The notes: a model not told the origin generated them from the sequence alone. A stretch of 64,000 nt of DNA from Longimicrobiales bacterium (GCA_965238005.1 OZ250165.1:1728001-1792000); one strand, 5' to 3'; counted from the first letter of the stretch, positions 49,481-60,367 are shown. A program made the numbers and translations.

Positions 49481-50939
49481 GAAGCTGTCCCAACCGTAGT
49501 TGAAGGTTCCTGATAGGGGAGAAAGAAAAGTGGTGGCTCCGGGGGTCCCGGGCCGATAGGCTCGGGTAGGCAAAAACCCCAACACGGAGCCACCACGATG
49601 AAGAGAACGTACGAGGTAAGGGATCGGGCGGACAAGCGCGCGATCAGGGAGTTCCTGAAGCGGGAGGGGCAGTTTCTGCTTCCGATGCTTGAGCTCGTGG
49701 AGCAGACGGAGGTCGCGATCGACGAAGTCATCCAGGTGATGGGACGAGCGACGATCGAAGCGGTGCTGGAGATGAGCGCCGAGGGTGTGGCAGGCGTGAA
49801 GCAGGCAGGTCGGTCACGAGCGGAAGACGACACGGTGTGGTATGGCCGGCAGGGTGGTGTGGTTTACCTGTCGGACCGGAAGGTGCGTGTGGAGCGGCCA
49901 CGGCTCAGGCGCCGGGGCGCCGGGGAGGGTGGCGAGGTCGAGGTGCCGGCGTACGCAGCGATGCGGAGACCGGGCGCCGTGGCGGATCGGATGCTCGAGG
50001 TCCTGATGGCGGGGGTGAGCACGCGGAAGTACGGCCGTGTGATCGGTGAGATGGCCGACACGGTCGGGGTGAGCAAGTCGGCGGTGAGCCGTGAGACGGT
50101 CGAGGCCTCGGAGCGCGTGCTGAAGGAGCTGATGGAGCGCCGGCTGGATGCGTGGGACCTCCTGGTGATCTACCTGGACGGGATCCAGATGGGCTCGCAC
50201 CCTTGCTGGTAGTGTCCCTAGATTTGGACTCAGACGGAAAGAAGCACGTGCTGGGCGTGAGGGAAGGAGCGAGTGAGAACGCCGAGGTGACCAGCGCGCT
50301 CCTAGAGGATCTGGTCGAGCGCGGCCTGGACCCGGGCAGGCGGCGGCTGTTCGTGATCGATGGCTCGAAAGCGCTCAGGAAGGCGATCGAGAAGGTGTTC
50401 GGCCAACGTCACCCCATCCAGCGCTGCCGCAACCACAAGCTCCGCAACGTGCTGGGTCATCTGCCGAAGGATCAGCATCCTCAGGTGAAGGCGGCGTTCC
50501 GGGCGGCGATGAAGCTGGACGCGAAGCAGGGCGAGCAGAAGCTCGAGCAGCTCGCCCGATGGCTCGAGCGCGACCACCCCTCGGCCTCGGCCAGCCTACG
50601 CGAAGGCCTCAGCGAGATGTTCACGATCAACCGGCTCGGCCTCCCGCCGCGGCTGAGGAAGTGCCTGGGCTCGACCAACCTGATCGACAGCACCCACTCG
50701 GGCGTAAGACAGAAGACCCGCAGGGTGACCAACTGGAAGAACGGAGCGATGGCCTTGCGCTGGGCCGCGGCCTCGTTCGTGGAGACCGAGAAGAGCTACC
50801 GGAGGATCATCGGCTACGACCAGCTCTGGATGCTCAGGGCCCACCTCGACGACCATGAACCGGTTGCCGAAATGAGAAAGGCAGGCTAACAAGGAGACTC
50901 TCCGGAGCCACCACCTTCAACTGTCAGCGGGACACCATC
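49481..50939 (+). mobile_element. IS256-family element B (transposase frameshifted)
   Basis: IRs GAAGCTGTCCC...AGTTGAAGGT / ACCTTCAACT...GGGACACCATC; 8-bp TSD CAAATCCC. Confidence 0.9.
49598..50889 (+). pseudogene. IS256-family transposase split near 50200-50226
   Basis: IYLDG in frame 1; DGKKHVLG, VIDGSKAL, QRCRNHK, STNLID in frame 2. Confidence 0.88.
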
Positions 50940-51062
50940 CAAATCCCGCCGATGCCCCCCAATTGAGCCTCATACGCACCCTTTAGATATTGATACCCTT
51001 GCGAGGCTACATGGACGACTGAAAAGAATGTTCAGCGGATAATGTTCGGGAATTGTAGAGGC

Positions 51063-51191
51063 GGGCATATCAGCCCCACCGGAGAGGTGACGTAGTGGAG
51101 TATCGAGTGGATCAAGAGTAGAGCGGGGGAGGAGTGCGAGAGTCACTCGTGGCCTTCGCAGTGGCCCGATGCCCCCCAATAGAGTCTCATA
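51063..51191 (+). repeat. Diverged duplicate of the integrase 3' end and its downstream sequence
   Basis: RRGDVVEYRVDQE* versus RPRGEVVEYWIDQE*; CCGATGCCCCCCAAT-GAG-CTCATA at 50949 and 51166. Confidence 0.8.
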
Positions 51192-51218
51192 TCCTATGGA
51201 TGTTAGAAACTACCCTAG

Positions 51219-52820
51219 GAGTCTGCGCCGCAGAAGCACAGCTGACTGAGCCGAATGGTCATCGAGCCGTCCGCGGCGAGGCGGATCCGGGTGATTGGGA
51301 GGTTGAGGACTTGTGTCTGCGACGGATCGGGAGAGCGGAATGGATGCGTTGGGGGGGGCAAGAGAGCTACGAGAGCCCTCGCGCCGGCAGATGCGGGTGA
51401 ACCCTCGTGCAGTCATGCCGCCTGAAGGGTGTGCAGCCGCTTCACATTGAGTGCCAGGCACACGAGGGTCCACTCGGCCCGGACCTTCTCGAGGCCCCGG
51501 AAGCTGAATCGTCGAAAGCCCATCACTTCCTTGATCCAGCCGATGGGCGCCTCGGCCTGCGACTTTCGCCGTGCGTAGCGTCTGCGGCCATCTTCGCTCG
51601 CCAGCTTCTCCGCCATGCGGACTTTCGCCGGATATTCCTCCTTGTCAACCGTGGGGGCGGCCTTGCCCTCCCGGGCCAGCGCCACATACCCGTCGATGTC
51701 TCGCTCTTCCAGTTCCTCGAGATCCCGCTCGTTGCAATAGCCCGTGTCCGCCAGCACCTGCGCCGGCGTCTCGCCGTACGCTTGCGCCACCGCGTCGACC
51801 ATGGGCACCAGCTGGCCCTGGTCGCTCGCGTTGTCCGTCACCTCGGCCCCGACCACCAGCTGGTTCTCCCCCTCCACGACCGTCTGTGCGTTGTAGCACT
51901 GCTGGAACCCCTCCGAACTCGTCTTCATGATCCGGCTCTCAGGGTCCGTGAAGTTGCTCTGCGCCGCCTCGTCCGGCTCTCCGTACTCCCGCTTGTAGGG
52001 CCTGCCGCCCTTCGGGTTGCGCGTCTGCCCCGGCTTGCGGCCCCGTGCGTCGTCCGCCGCTCTCTGCTCGGCTTCCAGGCGCGCCTTCGCCTCCCGGATC
52101 GCCGCCAGCCGGTCCTCGCGCCGCTTGAGCTCCTCCGGCACCTCGTCTCCGCATGCTTCCTCGCCGTAGCGCTCGTCTTCCGCTTCGTCCACCGCCTCGG
52201 CCCTCTCCAACAGCCCCCGGATCTCCGCCTCCAGCCGAGGCTCCCCGGTCACCATCCGGCCGTAGCTCATCGCCTTGCGCTTGTTCGCGTTCGCCCGAAC
52301 CTTCGTCCCGTCCACCGACACCCTGCCAAGCCCCGCCAGCCCCAAGGCCCGCGCGAGCATCACCACCTCCACAAACACCGCCCGGAAATCCCCGAGATGG
52401 CGCTTGCGGAACTCGCACAGCGTCCGGTGCTTCGGGAAGTTCTCCGCCGCCAGCATCCGAAACGCGACATCCTCCTCCAGCTTCCTCGCCATCTTCCGCG
52501 ACGAGAAGGTGCCCGTCGCATACGCGTAGATCAGCACCTTGACCATCATCCGAGGGTCGTACGGCGAGTTGCGCCGCCCGTCCCCCCGGTACCGCCCGTA
52601 GAACGCGCTCAGCTCCACCGCGTCCACCAGGTCGCTCACATGGTGCGCCAAATGACCCTCCGACACCCACTCCCGAAGATCCGGAGGCAGCAACAACATC
52701 TGCTCCGGATCGTACGGTCGAAATGTCGTTCCCATTCACCCCCCTCGGTGATCCGCAAGCCTTCCCAATGCCTTCGCTACCACCAAAGATAGCCGCCGCA
52801 GGGTTCTGCGGCGCAGACTC
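51219..52820 (-). mobile_element. IS1182-family element, copy 2
   Basis: Same IRs as copy 1; CTAG on both flanks. Confidence 0.95.
51413..52735 (-). CDS. IS1182-family transposase
   Basis: Protein identical to 22955-24277. Confidence 0.93.
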   Translation of the reverse strand: MGTTFRPYDPEQMLLLPPDLREWVSEGHLAHHVSDLVDAVELSAFYGRYRGDGRRNSPYDPRMMVKVLIYAYATGTFSSRKMARKLEEDVAFRMLAAENFPKHRTLCEFRKRHLGDFRAVFVEVVMLARALGLAGLGRVSVDGTKVRANANKRKAMSYGRMVTGEPRLEAEIRGLLERAEAVDEAEDERYGEEACGDEVPEELKRREDRLAAIREAKARLEAEQRAADDARGRKPGQTRNPKGGRPYKREYGEPDEAAQSNFTDPESRIMKTSSEGFQQCYNAQTVVEGENQLVVGAEVTDNASDQGQLVPMVDAVAQAYGETPAQVLADTGYCNERDLEELEERDIDGYVALAREGKAAPTVDKEEYPAKVRMAEKLASEDGRRRYARRKSQAEAPIGWIKEVMGFRRFSFRGLEKVRAEWTLVCLALNVKRLHTLQAA

Positions 52821-53002
52821 CTAGGCGAGGCTGGATGAGTGGTTGGATTTAATGGTCCGTGATCATTCCCAAGGGGTGGTCATCGTCTAAGTGGGTTGCA
52901 GCCTCACACTCCTTGGACGCATGTTGCCCGGCGGTCCAGCATACTGGAGTTGACCCGCTTTGGTGGACACCTCAGTAGTGAGGGAGACAGGAGGAGTCCA
53001 CG

Positions 53003-53317
53003 ATGCCAAGAACACATGCGCCGTACCCGCCGGAGTTTCGGCGGCAGATGGTCGAGTTGGTCAGGTCGGGCCGCTCCGTGGAGGAGCTGGCCCGGGAGTT
53101 CGAGCCCTCAAACGGGGCGATACGGAACTGGGTCAAACAAGCTGACTTGGATGAAGGCCGTCGCAGTGACGGGCTGACGACGGAGGAGCGTGGGGAACTC
53201 AGGCAGCTTCGGCGTGACAACAAGCGTCTGCGCATGGAGCAGGAGATTCTAAAAAAAGCCGCCGCCTGGTTTGCTCGGGAGAGCAACTCGATCCCGGAAC
53301 GGGGTTCGAGTTCATGA
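53003..53317 (+). CDS. IS3 OrfA
   Basis: YPPEFRRQMV HTH; EILKKAAAWF. Confidence 0.92.
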   Translation: MPRTHAPYPPEFRRQMVELVRSGRSVEELAREFEPSNGAIRNWVKQADLDEGRRSDGLTTEERGELRQLRRDNKRLRMEQEILKKAAAWFARESNSIPERGSSS

Positions 53318-54165
53318 AGACGAATCAGGCCGACTTCCCTGTGCGGGCGATGTGCCGTGTGCTGGATCTCTCCCCCAGCGGCTACTACGCCTGGTTGGAT
53401 CGCGAGCCTTCGGCTCGGGCGAAGCGAGATGAGGAGCTCACAGAGCGGATCGAGACGGTCTGGCGCGAGAACCGAAGGGTCTATGGCCGGCCCCGCATCT
53501 ACGCGGACCTCAAGGAAGCTGGCGAGCGGGTCGGTGAGAAGCGGGTGGGCCGGCTCATGAAGCAGGCCGAGATTGTGGGAGCTAGCCGGAGGCGGCGCGG
53601 CCCGAAGACGACCAAGCGCAACGAGGACGCCCGTCCCGCGCCGGATCTCATCGAGCGGGACTTCAGCGCAGACGGGCCAGACCAGTTGTGGGTGGCCGAC
53701 ATCACCTACATCCCGACCTGGGCGGGGTTCTTGTACCTCGCGGTTGTGCTCGACGTCTGGAGCAGGCGGGTGGTCGGGTGGTCGATGGCTACGCACCTGC
53801 GCACCGAGCTCGTCCTGGACGCGCTGAACATGGCGACCTGGCAGCGCCGGCCCGAATGCGTCATCCATCACAGTGATCAGGGAACCCAGTACACCTCGAT
53901 CGCCTTCGGCCTACGCTGCAACGATGTCGGTGTGCGGCCCTCGATGGGCTCCGTGGGTGACGCCTACGACAACGCGATGTGCGAGAGCTTCTTCGCGACG
54001 CTCGAGTGCGAGCTACTCGACCGGCAGCGCTTCCGGACCCAGGCCGAGGCGAAGATGGCCGTGTTCGACTTCATCGAGGGCTTCTACAACCCCCGGAGGC
54101 GACACTCGGCACTGGGTCAGCTGTCGCCCATCAACTTCGAGCGTCGCCACGGAGCGGCAGCATGA
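53314..54165 (+). CDS. IS3 OrfB (DDE integrase core)
   Basis: WVADITY, HHSDQG, DNAMCESFF. Confidence 0.93.
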   Translation: MKTNQADFPVRAMCRVLDLSPSGYYAWLDREPSARAKRDEELTERIETVWRENRRVYGRPRIYADLKEAGERVGEKRVGRLMKQAEIVGASRRRRGPKTTKRNEDARPAPDLIERDFSADGPDQLWVADITYIPTWAGFLYLAVVLDVWSRRVVGWSMATHLRTELVLDALNMATWQRRPECVIHHSDQGTQYTSIAFGLRCNDVGVRPSMGSVGDAYDNAMCESFFATLECELLDRQRFRTQAEAKMAVFDFIEGFYNPRRRHSALGQLSPINFERRHGAAA

Positions 54166-54376
54166 GAAACCTGCGTGGCCAAGTTGCCCTTTACTCCCCC
54201 GCTGCGCGGGGGAAGCTTTCCTCTCCCCAGCGAGGGGGACAGACTATAAACCTCAGTGTTCACCCGTCCACTGAAACGGGACAGCTCCATTCAGGCCCTG
54301 CCCTTGTACTGGCCGCAATCTCCACAGAAGTCATTCATTTAGACAGCTTCAGGATAGGTAGTATCTCCGACTGCAT

Positions 54377-55594
54377 TTATTTACCTTCTTTAAATTTAGC
54401 AGCTTCCTCAGATCCACCGGTTGCGTCACCCTCGCTATAAGAATGTGCTCCAGCTCCTGCAAGCTTTCCGCCTTCTACGATCAGATACTCATCTCGTATC
54501 GGTTTATCATCAAACCAACATTCTAATATTTCCCTAACGCCTGCTGCATATCGAGCTTGAGCTGCGAGTGAAGTTCCAGATGTGTGTGGCGTCATTCCAT
54601 GGTTTGGCATTGTTCTCCATGGATGGTCTTTTGGTGCCGGCTGCGGAAACCAAACATCTCCTGCATAACCAGCCAATTGACCAGTCTCAAGTGCTTTTGC
54701 GACTGCATTGCGGTCACAAATTTTTCCACGAGCCGTATTAACAAGATAAGCTCCATGCTTCATCTTACTAATCATCTCTTCATCAAAAAGATGTTCCGTC
54801 TCAGGATGAAGCGGACAGTTAATCGTAACAACGTCACAGACTTTAACCATCGACTCAACGCTATCATGAACAGTTAAGTCAAGTTCTCTTTCCACGTTCT
54901 CCGGAAGTCTGTGTCGATCGAAATAATGTAGATGTACATCGAAAGGTTTCATGCGTTTTAGCACTGCCAAACCAATCCGACCTGCTGCAACAGTACCTAC
55001 ATGCATTCCTTCAACATCATAAGATCTAGATACACAATCAGAAATATTCCATCCACCCTTGATAACCCAGTTGTATGATGGAATATAATTGCGAACGAGG
55101 CCCAAGATCATCATTACAACATGCTCGGACACACTGATACTGTTGCAATAAGTAACCTCAGTTACAGTAATATCGTTATCGATTGCTGCTTGTAGATCCA
55201 CATGGTCTGAACCGACACCTGCCGTAATGGCCAGTCTTAACTTTGGCGACTTGGCAACTCTTTCTGCAGTTATATAGGCTGGCCAAAACGGCTGTGAAAT
55301 AACAATGTCGGCATCAACAAGTTCTTTCTCTAACACAGAATCTGGGCCATCTTTATCATATGTAACAACAAATGTATGACCGAGATCTTCTACGAACTTT
55401 CGCAGACCTAGTTCACCGGAAACACATCCAAGAAGGTCTCCAGGATTGAAATCTATTGCGTTTGGTGATGGCATTGTTTGTCCATCAGGATAATTAGATA
55501 ACTTGGGAATACCAGGACGGGCGTATTTTGGTGGATATCCATCTACAGGATCATCATATAAGACGCACACAATCTTTAGTTTTTCTTTGACCAT
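54377..55594 (-). CDS. fdh: NAD-dependent formate dehydrogenase
   Basis: LLGCVSGELGLR, ISQPFWPAY, AAGRIG, YFDRH, GYAGDVW, PHTSG; AT-rich. Confidence 0.95.
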   Translation of the reverse strand: MVKEKLKIVCVLYDDPVDGYPPKYARPGIPKLSNYPDGQTMPSPNAIDFNPGDLLGCVSGELGLRKFVEDLGHTFVVTYDKDGPDSVLEKELVDADIVISQPFWPAYITAERVAKSPKLRLAITAGVGSDHVDLQAAIDNDITVTEVTYCNSISVSEHVVMMILGLVRNYIPSYNWVIKGGWNISDCVSRSYDVEGMHVGTVAAGRIGLAVLKRMKPFDVHLHYFDRHRLPENVERELDLTVHDSVESMVKVCDVVTINCPLHPETEHLFDEEMISKMKHGAYLVNTARGKICDRNAVAKALETGQLAGYAGDVWFPQPAPKDHPWRTMPNHGMTPHTSGTSLAAQARYAAGVREILECWFDDKPIRDEYLIVEGGKLAGAGAHSYSEGDATGGSEEAAKFKEGK

Positions 55595-55626
55595 TTTTTG
55601 CACCTGTTTATCTAGTTGTGCAGTAG

Positions 55627-55702
55627 GGATAGGAAAAACAAAGGCCCATTGCCGGATCGGGATAACGTGAGGGCCAGGACCAAGCTGGTCAAGAGGAGGT
55701 CT
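55627..55702. repeat. 76-bp dispersed repeat, copy 2, directly upstream of fdh
   Basis: 62/76 identical to 513-588; the minus strand carries TTGACC-17 nt-CACGTT. Confidence 0.85.
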
Positions 55703-55943
55703 TGACGAGCGTGCTCACCGCGTCGGTGATCTTCGCGCTGGGGCTGCCGTTGGTGTTGCTCTAGACTCGCAGATCAGCAAGCCGATAACGGCCCTCTAAG
55801 CCACGAGGACGCTCCAGCCTACCCCGAATACCAATAAGGCCCGAAGACGCATAGACGGCGATTCTGGGCGTCAGACGAGGTCTTGCTTGCGCCTACCGGA
55901 CCGCTTTCGGATGTTGACCTCGGTCTGATCCCGGAGTGCGCCC

Positions 55944-56320
55944 GTGTCCGATCCAGTCGCCCGCCTGAACGCCGCCCTAGAAGGCCGCTACGCCATCGAG
56001 CGTGAACTCGGTGAAGGCGGGATGGCCACGGTCTATCTCGCTGATGACCTCCGGCACGAACGCAAGGTCGCCCTGAAGGTTCTGAAGCCTGAATTGGCGG
56101 CTGTGGTCGGAGCCGAGCGTTTCCTCTCCGAGATCAAGACCACCGCAAACCTGCAGCACCCGAATATCCTGCCGCTTTTCGACTCGGGCGAGGCGGAGTC
56201 ATTCCTGTTCTATGTCATGCCGTTTGTGGACGGCGAAACCCTCCGCGACCGGATCGACCGGGAGAAGCAGCTTCCGGTGGACGAGGCGGTCAGAGTCGCG
56301 ACCGAGGTGGCAGGCAATGC
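55944..56320 (+). pseudogene. Ser/Thr kinase N-terminal fragment
   Basis: LGEGGMATVY, VALKV, LQHPNIL; truncated before HRD. Confidence 0.85.
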
Positions 56321-56563
56321 GAGAACGTATTCCTGCAAGTGCAGGACGGCGTCGTGGATGCGTCCGTGTTTCTGAGCTACGGGTACGGTGAAGACCGAGT
56401 CTACAGAGGTGCAGCGTTCAGGACCTTGTGGCAGGCGCGACGAGACATGTTCAACCCCGATTTCGTAGCCGCCTTCGAGGCTGAGTACGAGCTCGCGCCG
56501 TAGCTCGACACCGCCGAGTGCTGGGTGAAGAGCCGTGAACGTTCAGTGACCTTTTGAATCCCA

Positions 56564-56989
56564 TCAGCTCCGATTCATCACGATCCGCAAGGTCGCGGAC
56601 ACCGAAGACCCACTGCCGAAGTCGAACTGCTGGTTCGCGTTCGTCAGGATCAGCACACTACCGTTACGCACGGCGTCGAAGGCCACGCCCCCGAGCGTCA
56701 GCGTTGTTCCGGCCGAGTTCAATGAGCCGGAGTCGGAGCTGCTGCCGCCGAGCCCGTCGTTGAACAGGGTGCTCGCACTACCGCTCGCGTCGACGGTGAG
56801 TGTGAAGCTTGCACCGTCGCGCTGAATGACGTCGACGACGTTCTGAGAGTTCGCATTGTCTGTGAACTCGTAGACGGAAGCCACCCACGTGCCTTCCAAG
56901 TCCACGGCCTCGATACCAGTCCCGTTGTCACCGCACCCGACGGCTGCGAAGGTCAACGCGATAATCGGCGGCAGACGATTGAGCTTCAT
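56564..56989 (-). CDS. Hypothetical lipoprotein (lipocalin-like)
   Basis: AVGC lipobox; LEGTW motif. Confidence 0.7.
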   Translation of the reverse strand: MKLNRLPPIIALTFAAVGCGDNGTGIEAVDLEGTWVASVYEFTDNANSQNVVDVIQRDGASFTLTVDASGSASTLFNDGLGGSSSDSGSLNSAGTTLTLGGVAFDAVRNGSVLILTNANQQFDFGSGSSVSATLRIVMNRS

Positions 56990-57147
56990 GTCAGACATCT
57001 CTGATCGGGAAAAAAGGTGATTGGTCCGACAAGGGAGCAAACCCCGTGCCGAGCCGTGAGATCCGCGACAGGTCTTCGTCCTCGCGCGCGTCAGGCCGTC
57101 CCGTGGACGGGCCCATCACTCTGAACAGTACCATTTTCCGGTCCTAG

Positions 57148-58749
57148 GAGTCTGCGCCGCAGAACCCTGCGGCGGCTATCTTTGGTGGTAGCGAAGGCAT
57201 TGGGAAGGCTTGCGGATCACCGAGGGGGGTGAATGGGAACGACATTTCGACCGTACGATCCGGAGCAGATGTTGTTGCTGCCTCCGGATCTTCGGGAGTG
57301 GGTGTCGGAGGGTCATTTGGCGCACCATGTGAGCGACCTGGTGGACGCGGTGGAGCTGAGCGCGTTCTACGGGCGGTACCGGGGGGACGGGCGGCGCAAC
57401 TCGCCGTACGACCCTCGGATGATGGTCAAGGTGCTGATCTACGCGTATGCGACGGGCACCTTCTCGTCGCGGAAGATGGCGAGGAAGCTGGAGGAGGATG
57501 TCGCGTTTCGGATGCTGGCGGCGGAGAACTTCCCGAAGCACCGGACGCTGTGCGAGTTCCGCAAGCGCCATCTCGGGGATTTCCGGGCGGTGTTTGTGGA
57601 GGTGGTGATGCTCGCGCGGGCCTTGGGGCTGGCGGGGCTTGGCAGGGTGTCGGTGGACGGGACGAAGGTTCGGGCGAACGCGAACAAGCGCAAGGCGATG
57701 AGCTACGGCCGGATGGTGACCGGGGAGCCTCGGCTGGAGGCGGAGATCCGGGGGCTGTTGGAGAGGGCCGAGGCGGTGGACGAAGCGGAAGACGAGCGCT
57801 ACGGCGAGGAAGCATGCGGAGACGAGGTGCCGGAGGAGCTCAAGCGGCGCGAGGACCGGCTGGCGGCGATCCGGGAGGCGAAGGCGCGCCTGGAAGCCGA
57901 GCAGAGAGCGGCGGACGACGCACGGGGCCGCAAGCCGGGGCAGACGCGCAACCCGAAGGGCGGCAGGCCCTACAAGCGGGAGTACGGAGAGCCGGACGAG
58001 GCGGCGCAGAGCAACTTCACGGACCCTGAGAGCCGGATCATGAAGACGAGTTCGGAGGGGTTCCAGCAGTGCTACAACGCACAGACGGTCGTGGAGGGGG
58101 AGAACCAGCTGGTGGTCGGGGCCGAGGTGACGGACAACGCGAGCGACCAGGGCCAGCTGGTGCCCATGGTCGACGCGGTGGCGCAAGCGTACGGCGAGAC
58201 GCCGGCGCAGGTGCTGGCGGACACGGGCTATTGCAACGAGCGGGATCTCGAGGAACTGGAAGAGCGAGACATCGACGGGTATGTGGCGCTGGCCCGGGAG
58301 GGCAAGGCCGCCCCCACGGTTGACAAGGAGGAATATCCGGCGAAAGTCCGCATGGCGGAGAAGCTGGCGAGCGAAGATGGCCGCAGACGCTACGCACGGC
58401 GAAAGTCGCAGGCCGAGGCGCCCATCGGCTGGATCAAGGAAGTGATGGGCTTTCGACGATTCAGCTTCCGGGGCCTCGAGAAGGTCCGGGCCGAGTGGAC
58501 CCTCGTGTGCCTGGCACTCAATGTGAAGCGGCTGCACACCCTTCAGGCGGCATGACTGCACGAGGGTTCACCCGCATCTGCCGGCGCGAGGGCTCTCGTA
58601 GCTCTCTTGCCCCCCCCAACGCATCCATTCCGCTCTCCCGATCCGTCGCAGACACAAGTCCTCAACCTCCCAATCACCCGGATCCGCCTCGCCGCGGACG
58701 GCTCGATGACCATTCGGCTCAGTCAGCTGTGCTTCTGCGGCGCAGACTC
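57148..58749 (+). mobile_element. IS1182-family element, copy 3
   Basis: Same IRs; CTAG on both flanks; inverted relative to copy 2. Confidence 0.95.
57233..58555 (+). CDS. IS1182-family transposase
   Basis: Protein identical to the other copies. Confidence 0.93.
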   Translation: MGTTFRPYDPEQMLLLPPDLREWVSEGHLAHHVSDLVDAVELSAFYGRYRGDGRRNSPYDPRMMVKVLIYAYATGTFSSRKMARKLEEDVAFRMLAAENFPKHRTLCEFRKRHLGDFRAVFVEVVMLARALGLAGLGRVSVDGTKVRANANKRKAMSYGRMVTGEPRLEAEIRGLLERAEAVDEAEDERYGEEACGDEVPEELKRREDRLAAIREAKARLEAEQRAADDARGRKPGQTRNPKGGRPYKREYGEPDEAAQSNFTDPESRIMKTSSEGFQQCYNAQTVVEGENQLVVGAEVTDNASDQGQLVPMVDAVAQAYGETPAQVLADTGYCNERDLEELEERDIDGYVALAREGKAAPTVDKEEYPAKVRMAEKLASEDGRRRYARRKSQAEAPIGWIKEVMGFRRFSFRGLEKVRAEWTLVCLALNVKRLHTLQAA

Positions 58750-59451
58750 CTAGGACTCCTTTACGACCTCGATCGAGCCTGTGATGGCAGCCTCGATCCC
58801 CGACTGGTCGGCAGGATCATTGGGATCGAGCGTACCGCCGCCGGACCCGACGAACCACTGGCTCAGGTCGAAGTCCAGAGACACGAGAGTGACGAGTATA
58901 TCATCCTCCGTGACGCTGAGTGGCGTGGCGAACGCCAACTCCATATCGATGTCGAGCGGAGCCGTGAACTCGAAAGCTTCTGGCGTGCCATTCCGAACGA
59001 CCTCGCCGGTGACCAAGACGCTGGCATCTGCCAACGAAGGCCAGAGGTCGATCAGGGCCTGCTCTTCGGGGTGGCCGATCTCAAGCTTGTCGATCGAGAC
59101 TTCGAGTTCCTTGTAGATGCCGGACGGTACGTCCGTATCGAACGCCAACGTCGGCTCCCCTGCCAGATCCAAGGGGATGACCACGGACCTCTCGAAGATC
59201 CAGTCCACGGTCTGATCGAGCCCTGCGGTCTCCAGTTTGAGGCCACCCAGGACGAGGACGGCTTCACCGATCTCGATCGACGTAATGCCAGGTGCCAGCA
59301 TCGGACCGCTTGCGGTGGCGGGTGCCGATGTTTGTGAGACCCGGACCTGGACTTGGAGCTGATGCTGGCCGGTTGGGCCAACAGAATCTGAGCATCCGCC
59401 GATGAGGGCGGACCCAAGCACGACGTAGGCTGACGGTCGGCGCAGTCTCAT
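58750..59451 (-). CDS. Hypothetical lipoprotein
   Basis: MRLRR...LIGGC lipobox; its TAG stop lies in the IS target CTAG. Confidence 0.75.
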   Translation of the reverse strand: MRLRRPSAYVVLGSALIGGCSDSVGPTGQHQLQVQVRVSQTSAPATASGPMLAPGITSIEIGEAVLVLGGLKLETAGLDQTVDWIFERSVVIPLDLAGEPTLAFDTDVPSGIYKELEVSIDKLEIGHPEEQALIDLWPSLADASVLVTGEVVRNGTPEAFEFTAPLDIDMELAFATPLSVTEDDILVTLVSLDFDLSQWFVGSGGGTLDPNDPADQSGIEAAITGSIEVVKES

Positions 59452-59763
59452 TGAGTTCTCGCGACTAAGGGATTGGCTTCGTTTCAAGCATATGGCGCAA
59501 GTCTCATGCCGGCCTCGGCTATCCTCCTCCGCGTCACCGACGTAGAGCATCAACCCTTCCGCTCGATGGGTTCGTCAGCGTGATCATCTGTCTGGGATCT
59601 TGCGAAGCGAAGGGAAGAAGAAATGTTCAGTCATAAGATGCATTTTTCCACTTCTTGCGCTGCTGAGCATGGGTGGCCCTCGAGCTCGTCAGCATGACGG
59701 GACCGGATGCCGCCCGAAAGTCTGCTAATCGCGTCTTCGACCTGGGTCGCGTCAGTCTCTTCC

Positions 59764-59807
59764 AGCCATCGCCCAACCTCAGCATCACCCATAGCTTGAG
59801 CATATGG
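59764..59807. repeat. 44-bp dispersed repeat, copy 2
   Basis: 43/44 identical to 639-682. Confidence 0.9.
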
Positions 59808-60367
59808 GTATAGCTTCCTCAGTGGGGGTACGCATCCACCGGATGAAACGAGCTTTCACCGAGCGTTTCGTGGAGCGATGAGGCTGTGAACTTCGACGAT
59901 ATGGGACGCGTTTGGCGCGAAGAGGGAACTGGAGCGTTTCTGCGGGGGCGGATCGAGGATCTCTCGACCGTGCGCGAGCGGGCGACTGAGGTAGCCGCGA
60001 AGGTCCGGCGGCGCGCTCTGCGGGAAACGGTTGCCGCCATCGCCATGATCCCGTTCTTCATCTACGCCGCCATCACGGCTCCTCGACGACTGGAGATCCG
60101 TGTTAAAGCGGGAGGTCGACCCACACACGCGTGTAGTCGAAATACCGATTCTCCGTGTATGGATCTCCGGTTTTCTTGGGTTGATTCTCCTCGGGATGAT
60201 GTTTCTCATCGGCATGCCCAGATGAGTTGTGGGGCCGCTTGCGGCCTGTGGGTGGCGAAAACCTCGTCTGCTGCGAAATTACTGGCCTTTCACGGTTCGC
60301 AGGTGGGAACGAATTTCGCAACGGAGGGATAAAGAAACGCCCAACCCGCAAGAGCACGGAGTCGAGA

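Larger units (their letters stand above)
52945..54289 (+). mobile_element. IS3-family element
   Basis: TG...CA ends (TGGAGTTGACCCG / CGGGACAGCTCCA); orfA/orfB; A7G slippery site at 53251-53258; no clear TSD. Confidence 0.93.

Noticed and set aside
51219..58749. Proven composite transposon
   Set aside because: Every copy is flanked by CTAG, so the outer duplication does not show joint movement
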